Source: Hyphochytrium catenoides (taxonomy: Eukaryota > Protista > Hyphochytriomycota). From it: a stretch of DNA of 64,000 nt. Positions 11,759-24,645 of this stretch are shown here, in pieces. The notes beneath the pieces are model-generated. The model worked only from the letters and a program-made list of their open reading frames with translations, did no database searches and was not told the origin of the DNA. The stretch's first letter is position 1. Each line of letters begins with the position of its first letter. The position numbers and the translations under genes are program-made. The DNA lies in assembly GCA_900088475.1 (NCBI GenBank), contig FLMG01000137.1, positions 1 through 64,000 of the forward strand, given 5' to 3'.

Positions 11759-14700
11759 CTACCAGCTCCCCTTCGGCACAACTTCTCTGCCATCCTTGGT
11801 GCACATTGAGACAAACTTGTCAAGACATGCCAGTCGCAGCTTCTCAGGCGTCGCTGGACTGTTGAGAAGGAAGTACCCCGTGACGCCATTGTCCTCACGA
11901 GAGGAGGCGATGGCGTTCTTCAGAGCAAAAAGGACGGATGAAGCGAGGAACAGTGGCGGCTCTCCTATTCCTTTCGAGGAATGGACTGCGAAGGGGTTAT
12001 CTGCGTCCTACATGGATGAATTGTAAATGGAGAAAGGAGACAGCGGCAGATAGAGCATTGAGGTCAGATCCAGGTCAAAACGTCCTCCCGCCAGCAAGGC
12101 AGCGAGAAGCTAAGGCACCAACGAAAAACGCAGAGAAGGCGAACGAAAGAAGACAGAAAGATACTATGAACACGGGAACCATCATAAATGACATCCTAAA
12201 AAGCGGGATCGTGCCAACAGCATGTCCGAGGTAGTCTAAGGTAGAGACTTATCGATAAGATGAAAAAGGAGAAAGAGCAGGAATATAGCGTGAGACCCGA
12301 GCCCTTACCTTCAACAATGTGATCCTATAATCCAGGGGAGTATCGTTGAAGCTTGGGATTTTGTACGCTCCAGGGCCCCTAGTGAACAGAACTCCGGGCT
12401 TAAGCCAAGGATGTGCCTTGTCTCCCCAGACCATCTCTTCCATGGTAAACATGCCAAAGCCCTGTGCGAATGCCCCTTCAATCTGGCCAATGTCGAGACC
12501 CGGGTTGAGAGACTTCCCAACATCCATATGAATCTCTACTGCACGCACATGGGAGTCCCCAGTCAGCACATCGAGCTCTACCTCTGAGGTTGCCACTCCG
12601 TATGTGAAATAGTTGAAAGGTCGGCCTCTTTCTGCATTATTTTTGGTGTCCAGGTCCCAGTTATACCCACACCGATCGCCTGGCACCACGTAGAACCCGT
12701 GGGCAGAGAGGTCCGTTCGTTCCATGTACGCCTTCTTTACAATCTGAGGGAATGAGGCACCAGGCATAGTGTCTCTAAAGGGCTTCAGCCGATTGTTTAT
12801 CTCTTCACAGGCATTTAGCACGGCCATTCCATAGAGGTCTGAGCTCATCGAGGCAGCAGACGGAGAACTGTTCGGTACCTTATCTGTCGACGTCTCGTTG
12901 ACGTGTACTGCCTTGTGAGAGATGCCGAATGTCTCGGCTGCTATTTGGATGACTTTTGTGTGCAGCCCCTGACCCATTTCACAGCCTCCGTGCGTCACAA
13001 GGACAGTTCCATCCGTATAGACATTCACTAGGGCGCCACCCTGGTTCATGAACTTGGCCGTGAAGGAGATACCGAACTTGGTAGGAATAACCGCAATACC
13101 CCTCTTTTTCCACTTGTGCTCCCGGTTGAACGCCTCTATTTCTCTTTCTTTTTCTGCGAGCTTTCCGTCCCCCATCGCACTAGCCCAAAGCCGCTGCAGT
13201 GTGCAATGCTCCAATATCTCTCCATAATGAGTGACATCACCTTCTACGTAGAGATTCTTCTCTCTTAGCTCCCTTACTGGGATTCCTAATTCTTGCGCCA
13301 AGTGATCCATGTAGGTTTCAGCCACCATCATTCCCTGAGGTCCTCCAAACCCTCTGAAAGCAGTGTTGCTTGCAATGTTCGTTCGACAGACCTTCCCAAT
13401 GGTCCTCATATGAGGAATCTTGTATGCATTTTCGCAATGGAAGAGGGCACGGTCACAGACAGCAAAGGAGAGGTCCTGGGAGTAACCTGCGTTGCAATAA
13501 AGCTGCAGGTCAGCTGCTACCAGCTTCCCATCCTTTGTTGCCCCAACTTTGTATCTTCCGTAGAATGGGTGTCTGGTCCCTGTGATCTGCATATCCACCT
13601 CCCTGTCCAAGGAGATCCGCACTGGGCGCTGCTGGAGGAAAGCTGCAACCGCTACTGCCATAGAAACTACAGCAGAGCGGGTCTCTTTACCTCCAAACCC
13701 GCCTCCCAGTCGCTTTACTTTGCTCACAACGCGGTTGTGGGGCAGGCCAAGGACATGGGAGATAAGATGCTGAGTCTCACTGGGATTCTGGGTGGACGAG
13801 ATGACAGTGATTCCCTCTCCTTCTTCTGGAATGCACAGAGCGGCATTTGTCTCCAAATAGAAGTGCTCTTGCCCTCCAATGTTCACATCGCCCTCTACTA
13901 TCACGTCCGCCGCCGCAAAGCCCCGGTCCACATCCCCTGACTCAATCCTATGCTCAACGGGGAAGAAAGATCCAGTAGCTATCGCCTCTTGAATGGAGAA
14001 AATGGGGGGAAGCTCCTGGTACGTGACTCGGACTAGCTTGGCTGCTTTCTCCGCGGAGGCTGGGGAAGTGGCGACAATGATGCCAATGATCTGGCCCACC
14101 GCGGTTACCGTCTCTGTTATAAAGCACTCTTCGTCTGGTGTGACAGGACCGACTCTGTTCGAACCTGGTACATCCTTTGCAGTGTAAAGCGCCACAAACC
14201 CCTCTACCTGCCTAGCAGGCTCTGCGTCTATGGAAACAATCTTGCCGTGGGGGCACGTTGAGAGCACCAGACCGGCGTAGAGGGTGCCAGGAGGAGAGGG
14301 TAAGTCGTCCGTGTACTTCGCAGCGCCAGAGACTTGGAGGGGTGCAGACTTGTGAGGGATGTTTTGCCCAACCGCTGAGAGCTTTGATTTTGGATAGCGC
14401 TGGACGCCGCTGCTAGTCGGCCTTTCCTCCAGTAGGAATCCATCAGATGGAGCCGGTCCTATATAGAGTATAGTAAGCAAAGTTAGTGCCATGAGGAGAT
14501 ATCGCCCTGGACAAGGACTAGGTTAAATAAAGCGAAGTTCTCTTCAATGTGAGACCTTTGAGAAAGTGAAAAAGCGAACAGAAACAGCGCTTACCGTCAA
14601 TGACACCAGGAAGGTTCCAGAGCTCTGACACTTTGGAAAAGAACTTATAAAGGAAGCCAAGACAAAGAGATAGACGGTACTCTGACATGCCTCCCGGCAC

Positions 14701-16935
14701 ACCTTCCGGCAGTCGGAGCTCTTCTGCCAGGAGGGCTACAGTGGCTTCTGCGTTTTCTTTGGTAAAGGCTTTCCCCTGTTGATAGAAGAGTGAATGCGCT
14801 GTCCTCTTAACTGGCATAAAAGCCATCTCTTCAATGAGACGGGACAAATAAATTGCTTGGATAGCACAGCCAAGAAATTTGAGGTACAATGACAAAGGCA
14901 CGGAAATTGGAATGCGGCAACAAGATAGATAAGGGTTATCCGCACCTGCAAGTAAGCAGCAGTTTTCAAAGCACCGACGGTGGTCGGAGCCATTCCTCCA
15001 AATGCAAAGCACGACTCAGCCACTATCAGAAGGCCTTCCCGGCGCTCTAGGCGTATTCTCATTCCTGATGTAACGATAGAAATATCGTCTTCTCTTCTTT
15101 TTGCCTGCTTAAATGGCATCACCAGCTCCATTGGACACGTGAAGGGAATCTTCACGGAGACGATGACCTCTTGCGGCTGGAGCGCCACTTTCCGATAACC
15201 TAAGAAAAACTGAGATACCTTAACCTCCCTCGTCCCACTAGTAGAGGCTAGTTCAAGCACGGCATCTGCAGAGTATAAAAGCGGATTGAGGTCGGAGATG
15301 GGGCTGGCCGTGGCAATGTTGCCTGCGATGCTAGCAGCATTGCGGATATGGTTGGAGGCGAACCACTTAAGCATGAGAACAATGGATCTGAGAGAATGAA
15401 CTTCGCTCTCCTTTCTGTCTGCAATAACGCCTTCCAGGTATTTTTTCAGCTCTGTCAAAGTGACAGATGCCCCGACCCTGACACCTCTGAAGGCCTTCTC
15501 TGGGCTCTCTCCGTCCCTCGCGAACTCTTCAATGACCTGTGTTACTGTCAGCTCAGGAATGTTCGTGGGCTGTATGAGAACTGGATAGTGAAGGTTCTTG
15601 AACTTGGTTTCGATGCCTACTTCCGTATTTCCTACGACAAGTTTAGCCTGAAAAACACAAGCAGTTAGCCAACCAAGTGCCACTTCTTCCTCTGTCTCAA
15701 AATTTTACCTCTGGATGGAGCTTCTTCAAGACCAGCAGTTCCGCAAGAGAGCTTGGCCGGAACCACTTAACTCCTCCTTCTTCATAACATACAGAGCGCG
15801 GCGTCCGCTTCAGCAGCTCGGCGGGGAAGGTTGGCGGAGAGATAGAAAGAGCAGGAGCAGTGCCAAGCTTTCCTTTTGTACAACTAACAACCTCCTCTGC
15901 GTCCTCGATATCTCCGACATCCTTCTTTTTGTTAGGGCACGCTCCACAACAGCCATTTTTTGTCTCTCCATTTTCTGCTCCGTGGCTGCCACATGAAGGT
16001 TTGTCATGCGCAAAAGTCTTGGCAGCGTCCAAGATCGGACGATACCCTAAGATTTTTAATAAGGATCAGGCACAAGAACAACAAAGTTTCCGTCAGAGGG
16101 CAGCAGGAAGTCAAGAGCGAAAGATAGGGACCAGCATAGAGACGCAAGCAGGCATTTGGGTGGTATGGAACACAGAGGGTAAGGGGGAGAGGCAAAGGGA
16201 GCGAGAAGCAGAGAGAACAGGGCGGAGAGAGAGCAAGATGGGTTCCATACCAGTACACCGGCAAAGGTTGCCATCAAAGCTTTCCTCTATATCGCGCTGA
16301 CTAGGCTCTTTCTCGTTGATTAGCAGTCCATAGAGTGACATAACAATTCCTGGCGTGCAGTACCCGCATTGTGACCCGTGAAAGTCTGCTATCCGCTGCT
16401 GCACAGGGTGAAGGCCGCGATTAGGATCCCCAAGCCCCTCAACCGTCACCACATGATGGCCGTCAACGCTTGCCAAAGGAAACAGGCAGGCATTAACAGT
16501 CCTATAGTGCGGGCTAGATCCCTCCTGATTGCCGATAACGACCGTGCAAGCGCCACATCCTCCTTCCCCACAGCCAAGTTTAGTGCCTGTGTATCCTTGG
16601 GAGCGAAGATATTGCAGTAGAGTAGTGGAAGGGCTGGGATTCGAGAGATGATGACGTGTATCATTGACATAGAAGAGGAGGTCGGTGCCATAGCTCACAG
16701 GGCCCTGTAGAACAGAAAACATCAAACTTGATGGCGGACACAGGGATACAGGGGAATAAAGGAAGAGACGGTCACTGCAGAAAAGAGAGCAACAACAGAG
16801 CAAGGCGGATCAGATACGAAGAGAGCAAGGAGCGCCAGAATAGCTTTAGGGAAACCTATCGTAGAACGAGGAGAGGAAACGACCCTGATGGACTGCATTT
16901 ACCAAGCCGTCTTGCTCCTTCATGACCGTCCCCAT
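11759..16935 (-). CDS. XDH: Xanthine dehydrogenase/oxidase (multi-exon)
   Basis: 2Fe-2S motifs GTKLGCGEGGCGACTV, QCGYCTPG, GNLCRCTG; FAD domain LVVGNTE, RREDDI; Moco domain GGGFGGKE, AFRGFGGPQ; final exon (12007-11759) SSKGIGEPPLFL with the catalytic Glu; probable first exon MGTVMKEQDGL at 16935. Confidence 0.97.
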
Positions 16936-17449
16936 CGTCCCGCCTTAGCTAAGCAGCTGTAGAGAAGACGCAGAAAGGTGGGGTCAGAGCCTTGGTTAGC
17001 TACTCTGCTGGGTCTGCAGACTGGCGTCAGCAGAGCTTGGAGCTTTCTTCAGAGGCCTGCTCAAGCTTCCTTCAGTCTGCTTGCTGCCTCTGCTTCTGAC
17101 AGCAATCGCACTTGTGGGCAGGCGAGCGAGAGGCGACAGACGGTCTTCGGGTGCATCCAACTTTCTTCAAGTTGAACGAGACAGAGACACCAGAATAAAG
17201 CACTAGAAGAGAAAGAGAAACAGACAGAGAGGGCTTGAAGTGAGACAGAGTGAATATGGAAGGAGAGAGAGTGGAGTGTGAGTGGGCCAGACCTGGTGGG
17301 GAAGATAGCACAACGAGAGAGGGAGACAGACCTAGCGGTCAGACAGAGTCACAGAGAGATAGGTCAATGTACAAACTCTCCTCCTTAGCCTTGATGTGAT
17401 TGTTCTTCTGTGGAGGAGGAATATCCTTAGATCTGATCTCTCTTCACTC

Positions 17450-18760
17450 TTAGGGTCTCCACTGCCAGATGGAATATCATTAGGTATCCCTTCAACCTCC
17501 GGATAAAACAGTCTTTGGGTGGTCTTGGACCCTCACGCGGTCAAATATCAGGTCTATCTTCTCACAAATACCGTTGTCTCTGCAAAAAGGCGGCGTATCC
17601 TTAGGTTCTCGAGAATGTCATGGCAGGTCATAGATCCAGCGAGGCTGAGTTTTCCAGAGCGCCAAGTGTCCTGCCTGTCCCACAGCAGCAGCGCCGCAGG
17701 TTCTGAAGGATCTGATGGTGTTCGGAAGATGTTGCTGATGATGGCAGGCAGCCAGACAGCAGGAGGGAGGAGGAGGATGTGAGTCATTCATCACCATGGA
17801 CAGGGAGGAGGCGGGTTGTTCGACTGATGCGATGAGCTGGGGATGGAACAAGGCAGTCGGAAACGTAGGGACCAGCAGCTTGGTGGTGGCAGCATGGGGA
17901 GGCGCGAGTGAGGTTGCTTGACCGAGAGAACGTCCTTCTTGTTTGGGTGCCGCCTTTTATCCTCATCATAAGGTGAGTGAGTGAGTGGCGAAGGCAAGCA
18001 ATGCCTTCGAGAGAGAAGCGGACCTCAGCATAACTAAATAAGATGAAGAAATAAACCACAGCAAGGCGGCGCGGAAGGTGTGAGAGCTATGGTGGGGAAC
18101 GCGGTGAGATTGATCAAGTCGCTGGAGGAGGAGCTACCAGGAATAGAAGTATTATCCTTGCAATGGGAAGAGCTCACCCCGCTATACGGACAAGCTCCAT
18201 TAAAATATCTGCCGGAGCTCCACGACTTCTTTCTCTTCTACGTACCCGCTTACCCCTGACAGAAGCTTATGTAGACGCTACATATAGGTCTATCCCCTTA
18301 TTTCATTCTTCGCTGATCAATGCAGGGGTTCTTCTGTGGCCGCGCTGAGTGTTACACAGAAGGGTGTGCTTGCTTTCTGGCTTGAGGAGGTGTCAACGAG
18401 GAACGTGGTGCTTGTTAAGTTGTATAGATGCCGCATGGCATCGCAGGTCCACGGGAGACAACAAATATCCTGCTATTGGTCCTTCTACCTGCATCCTGTC
18501 CTTACATTCCTCGAGGATCAAGCAGTTGGGCCATTAGACTCCATAGTAACCGGTGGCTGTGTTCCTAGCCCGCTGCCATAAGCTTGAAGTCGTTAGTCAA
18601 GAACCATCGCAACGCAATAGTTTAGCTTTTGACACATTGATTGATGACCACGTCGTCCGTGACTGTGGACATAGAAGAGCCCTTGATGACTGGCCTCTGC
18701 TGCGTGTCAATCAAGACGAAGACAGAGAGCAATAGAAGTCAATAGACCAGCTCCTTACTA
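17450..18760 (-). mobile_element. Decayed retroviral-type integrase followed by a chromodomain-like relic
   Basis: Minus strand: WSIDF..VFVLIDT (~18750-18700), LRCDG (~18610), PPVTMESNG (~18545), W..AMRHLYN (~18430); then EKID.IFDRVRSKTTQRLFY / LKGY / YSIWQ (~17570-17460). All are frameshifted. Confidence 0.4.
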
Positions 18761-19442
18761 GATGAATGCTGGTGTCTTGGTCCTTGTTCAGCTGATGGAT
18801 CATCAGCTAGAGGTAAGCTCATCTGCTGTAAGGCGTGTAAGGATAAGGATGATAAGGCCTTGTAAATCATAGAAGACAGAGCGATGATGATGGAGCTGTG
18901 TGAACAGATGCGGCCAAGGATACTGTGGAGGCGGATGGGTGTGGACGGCTAAGAGTTTGTAGCGCTGGGGTGGGTGGGCTTGTGAGGCTGGGTTCTTGAG
19001 TTGAAGATGTTTGTCCCTTGTCCCGCTCGTTGCGCCTTGTGATGGACATGCCTTCCCTCTCTTTCTCTCTCTCTCTCTCTCGCTCGCTCGCTCTCTCGCT
19101 CGCTCGCTCTCGCTCGCTCTTATGATCCTCTCTCTCTTCTTTCTCTTGATCTCTTCGTCATCTCCGTCTCACGCCCTCTCTACTGCTGGCCATGCTGTCT
19201 CAGTCACTTTGACAAAAGGTCCCAAACTTGACCGGCCTGTTCCAAAGCTTTGCGGAGGGGTGCGTCTCCCAATCAGTAGCTCCCGCTCTACCGGTGAAGC
19301 TAGCTCTCAATAGTCTCCGCTCCCTGTCGCTGGGGCTTCCTTGCCCTGCCCTCTCTACGAAAGTCTGAATCGCAGGGAAGAGAGAGCGAAGAGAGCTGAG
19401 GGGACAGACTGAGACTGTCATATATTGCTAGCAAGAGGTAAA

Positions 19443-22400
19443 ATGACCTGGACCTGTACCATCTGCACGTTTCCCAATGAGGATGACTCAAGCTCAACCT
19501 GCGAGATCTGCGGAGTAACACGACTCCTAGAGAAAAGCTCCCTCTCGGCCTCCACGACAACGCTCGGTAGCCGCAATGAGCGCCCTCTCTTCTCCTCTCT
19601 CTCTGTCGAGCCAGCCCAACCAGCGATCTCTGCTGGCCCGCCCGTTGGCTTCAGTCATAGCACCAGCACATCCGCCGAGAATGCCCAGGATTCTATGAGT
19701 AGGGAAGAGCCTGTAGTCAGGCCCACAGCTTCATCGTTGCCCACTGCCACTATTGAGCCCGACCTGGGGCTAGAACATCAGTCGTCCCATGGAAGTGTCA
19801 TCACTAGGCAAGAGGACGAAGAGTTCGACTTGTTCGGAGGTCCATCAGCATCAGCCGATGTTTCTCAGTCATCGTTCTCTTTCCCCCAGCCATCGCTAAA
19901 CTCTTCCCTTCCTCTCACAGCCGCTTCTTCCAGCTCTACGCCTCTCTCTGCCGCGCCCGATGCAGCTACACCGACAGTCAGGACATCTCTTTCAACCGGT
20001 CAGACGGAACAGGACGTTTCGGTGAGAGGTGCCCATCCCACAGGTAGAGCTTCGTCCCCTGGTCTTGGTCACGCTCCTTTCGCCTAGCCTCCGTCTGTTC
20101 CGTTCGCTTGTTGGGCTAAAGAACCGGTTAACCTTCTTTAGGTTGACTCTTTGAAAGGCTCTAACTTCTCATCTTGAGGCTGAGAATTCTTGCGCTGTCT
20201 CATGTGGGTCTTTTTTTAAGGATCATTTTTCTTGCGTGTTTCTCAGACTCTCTTTCCCTCCATTTCTCGGGCTGCTCTCTGTCGCTCTATCGCGTTTTCC
20301 CCTCTAGTTCAATCTCTTGCTCCTTCACTCTCCCTGCTTGTCTCTCTGTCTCTCTCTCCTTCCCTCTCTCTTCCTTTCCTTCTCTCTCAATTCCTTCCTT
20401 CTCTTCCTCTTGCTTTTCTTCTCTCTCTCTTCCTTTTTGATATCTCTCCTGTTGGAACCTCTACTGCTGCCAACTAAACCCTTGCTGCCCCTGCCTTCCT
20501 AGGGATTGCAGTAGGGGGTGGCCGAGTCCTTCACTATCAGGCAGTCCTGCCTTTCTCTCTCCCTTTCAAGACGGTCGATGATGCTTTTGATGGGCGGGTA
20601 ATCACGATAGGAGAGTATGATGTGCAACAGGGCAGCAGAGGATCAAGAATACGCCGGCGCGGACTCACGTCTGCTTATTCTGACCGCACAAAGCAGGATG
20701 ATGGGTCCTGGGGAAGAGTGCTTGAAGATGCACTCACACCTGCACTGCAGTATACAGGTGAGAAGGGGCCAATAGTTGGAATAGGAGCCCGCCGGTTTGT
20801 AGAGACAGGACCAAGGGTCTACAGGTTGTTCACAGTTTTTTCTTGCAGTGGCTGTGTCTGCTTCCTTAGGCAGCTAGAATTAGGATGATGACTCCTCACT
20901 TCCCAGCTCTACGCGCCGACATTCACTTTCTCATTTCTTTTGCTCTTCTGGAAACATTTCTGGGTGCGGCTCCTCTCATTTTCCTCCGCCGTCCTTTGAA
21001 ATTGATCTAGACACGGAGTTTCCGCCTTCACCTTCGTCTATTGCTCAAAGCGACAGTCAGACTGCAGCCAAGCTAAGGGGACAAGTCACGCACTGGCGAC
21101 GTGTTAGTGAGTTCTTTGTCCATACAGAGTGAGTCCTAGGCATAGTACTGTCCGCGCTGAGTAACCCTTCCTTGCGGTTCTCTTCCCCCTCCGTGTTGAC
21201 TATAACCTTCCTCCTCCATTTCCTTCTTCTTCCCTAGCTCATCACAAGTTCTTACTCTCAAAGACGGTGAGCTCCTCCCTTTCTATGGCTATCTTCGAAT
21301 TCTTATCCTCTATCCGTGTCTCAGCATTCTCATCTCCCTGTTGTTGCTCTGGGCCCTATATGACCCTAGATACATAGAGTTGAAGCTGAGAGAGGATACT
21401 CCTCATGAGCTAGGTGGAATCTCTAATATCACCCCGGAGGACTATGCAGCTAGAACTAACAGTGGAGTTTCCTCTTCCGCCCTGTCAGTGGCTGAGGAGG
21501 TGGGAAAGGATTGCTGCTGCTCTAAGCTTCTCAATCTCGTCCTTTCATACCGCTGTAAAGAGTTCTTCGGTTACTCTGTGGGCCACCAGCGTGTCGTCCT
21601 GCATGGGCAGTAGATCTCTACCCGCGAAAAGCATTAGAGCCCGTCACTCTATTAGTCTTTCTGTTGCTATGTCATCATGATACTCTTTACCTTCTTTGTC
21701 CTCACTGTCACCCCGTCTTCCTTTTGCTTTACAGATTGTAACTGCGGGGTTGGAGAATGACCAACTGAGACATCATAAGCACTGTTCGCCTTACATAGTC
21801 AACTGGATGAACGAAGTTGTTGGAGGAAGCGAAGGCGTCCCACGCTTTACTCTCTTTTGGCAACTTAACATGCGCAACCGGCTAGAGCCTCTAACTTTTG
21901 CCGGATTGGGTCCATTGAAGGCACAAACCGAGGCTCGCCCAGGCAAAGTTCCGATGCTCGTTCTCGCTGTCCCTGTGATCTTCCGAGCTCCTAACGCGGA
22001 GCTGTTCGTTCCTCCAACTCCGTTATCTCCTACGCCACCGGGGTCTGTACGGCAGGGAAAGCTAGGAGATGGCTACCTGCTAGGGGCTCTCTCTGCGCTT
22101 TCCTGTAGCCTTCCTAGACTCCTTTCCCTCTTTCCAGGTGAGCTAATAGACTGAGTTGGGGGAAATCTTGCTAACGTTATTAGTAGTTACGCGCTCCCTG
22201 CTAGTCCACGTTGGGTCTCAGCCTTTAGGTGGACTTGACATCTAGCTGACTGGCCTCCTACTTCTCAACCACTTCAGAGTCTCAAAACACCGTGCCCCAG
22301 AGGTACAATGACTTAGGCGTTTATGCAGTCAGATTTTTCAGGGACGGTGAATGGCGGGTGGTGATTGTAGATGACCAGCTGCCCTGCAACAAGCAAGGAA

Positions 22401-24148
22401 GACCAGCGTTTGCGCGGTTTGCGGCAGGAAGAACAGAGCTTTGGGCGTTGATCGCAGAGAAGGCGTACGCAAAACTCTATGGGAGTTATGAAAGAATTGA
22501 GGGTGGACAAGAGAAAGAGGCGCTGGAGGAGCTAACTGGTGGCTATGCTCTGTCTCAGGATCTGAATCAGGGAGAAGAGGATGCTTGGCAACTCCTAGAT
22601 CGCACTTTAAGAGAGGGAGGGATCATTTGCGCTTTGCGAGGAGAGAGGGTCGACTCTTCTACAATCTGCCCTAGTGGCGGAAGAGGCTTTGGCATATTGG
22701 GGGTTGCTAAAGTACAAGAAGGCGGTAAAGGCGGAGAGGAGCGCCTGGTAAGGCTGAAGAATGCTTGGGGCCGAGGTCAGGAGTACACTGGACCTTGGTG
22801 CGATTGGGATCCACGTTGGCAAGGGTTGAGCAGGGAAGAAAGGGACAAGACTGACTTCATAGCAGAGGAGGACGGGAGCTGGTGGATGCCTCTATCACTC
22901 TTCCTTCAGTATTTTCCAACAGTGATTACCTGTTTTACTCCTGCTCTTCATGAGGACTGGTGCACACACAGAGTCAGCGCTTCGTGGACTCCCCAGCTCT
23001 CTGGAGGAAGGCGTGCCCCGCACCTCCATCCGCAGTTCTTCCTTTCTCTAGACGGAGAGAGCCGTGTGGTGATACATATAGAGCAAGAAAGCAAGCGATT
23101 GAGAAGAGGAGACGGCAAAGAAGGAGGTTACGATACGGCTATCAATGTCGTCGTGGCCAGCAACGGAGAGATGGGAAAGCGAAAGATTGACATTGCAAAG
23201 GATCTCGTGTATAAAGGAAAATTCCATCGCTCCCAGTCTATTGCAGTGGAGCTCTCTCTCCCTGCTGCTGCTACACCCTATGTCATCTTCCCTATCACTT
23301 ACGAGGCTGGGGTATCTGCCTCGGTCACGCTCTCAGTCTTCACCAGTGCATCTTCAAGGATTGAACCCCTGTCCGACTCAATTCTTCCTTTCTGCGAAGT
23401 CTGTAGGAAGGTACTCGCCGATTCCTTCTCCGTCACCAACGATAAGGAACTGGTATGTACCTCCTGCCTGGAAGATTACCGAAGACAGCGCGCGCCCTCT
23501 TGTGCTCATTGTACAGAGAAAATCTATGCACTCCCAGGACGGTTTTCTGGACAGTTCTTCTCGTTAGAGAGTGGCGAGACAGTGCACCAAGAATGTATGG
23601 CAGAGTATAAGGCACAGAAAGCGGACAAGTGTTGTCATTGCGGTCGGCCGATTGTCCCTGTGCCTCAGATCTTTTCAGGTCGATTTTATTCCTTGGAGGG
23701 AGGCAAGAAGTGCCATGAAGAGTGCTGGGAGGTCTATCAAAAAAACAAAGCAGACAAGTGCGCACACTGCGGTAAGGAGATTCTGAAGCTTCTTCCTCAA
23801 TTCTCGGGAAAGTTCTATACTTTAGAGGAGGGAGAGCAAGGAGGGAAGAAGGTCCATGCCGAATGCTGGCAGAGCTATCAAGAGACCACTGCTGAGCAGT
23901 GTGAACACTGTGGTGGGCCCGTTTGCAAGATTGAGGGAAGGTTTGATGGCCGCTTCTATTCGCTACCTGGAGAAGGGAAAGTACACGGAGAGTGCTGGGA
24001 GGCGTACAAGCTGCAGAAAGCTGAAAGATGCGCTCACTGCGGCGTTGGCGTATGTCCAATCCCTGGTCGCTTCGATGGGCGATACTACGCACTGCCCTCA
24101 GGAGAGAAAGTGCATGCAGAATGTTGGGAGACATTCAATAAGAAATGA
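19443..24148 (+). CDS. Calpain-like protein: RanBP2 zinc finger + CysPc (catalytic Cys and His lost) + domain III + tandem LIM-like zinc fingers
   Basis: MTWTCTICTFPN..CEICG; YT|DTEFPP; WRR; VRQGKLGDGYLLGALSAL; GVYAVRFFRDGEWRVVIVDDQLPC; ELWALIAEKAYAKLYGSYE; RLKNAWG; DGSWWM; HPQFFL; six C-terminal CxxC..(H/C)xxC repeats; stop TGA at 24148. Confidence 0.92.
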
Positions 24149-24645
24149 AGGGGAAGGACATGTGGAGGAGGCTGGGCTGGGGCAGGAGAGGCGAGATTGC
24201 AGAGGTCAAATGGGTAAATATAGCAGCCGGGGATCTGGCAATAAGTTAATGCGGTTGAAGTTGCCTCATACATACCAATTCAGGGAGCCAACTTCAGCAC
24301 TGTGATACGGGTACACCCTATGACACACCTTGTGGCCCTATAAATAAAGTGTCTAAAAAATCTCTCCATGAGACTATGGCGTACTTTCTCCGCTAGGGAC
24401 GGCCCCTCTCTAGTCTGAGACCGCTTTCTGCCAACAGAGCTAGTTATAAGCAAAAGGCTCTGCTAATGAACTCGCAAAGTTCTTTCTCTCCAGGGACGGA
24501 GTTCTTTTCTGTGCATGAACTCGGATAGTTGGACATCAAAGGCCCAATCCGTCTTATTGGGAGCTCTTTGACTTTGACTCAATCTTCGTCTAGTCCTCTC
24601 CTTATCTTGGCTCCCCAGGCTCCGATCTTTCTCCGTTTGTATATC

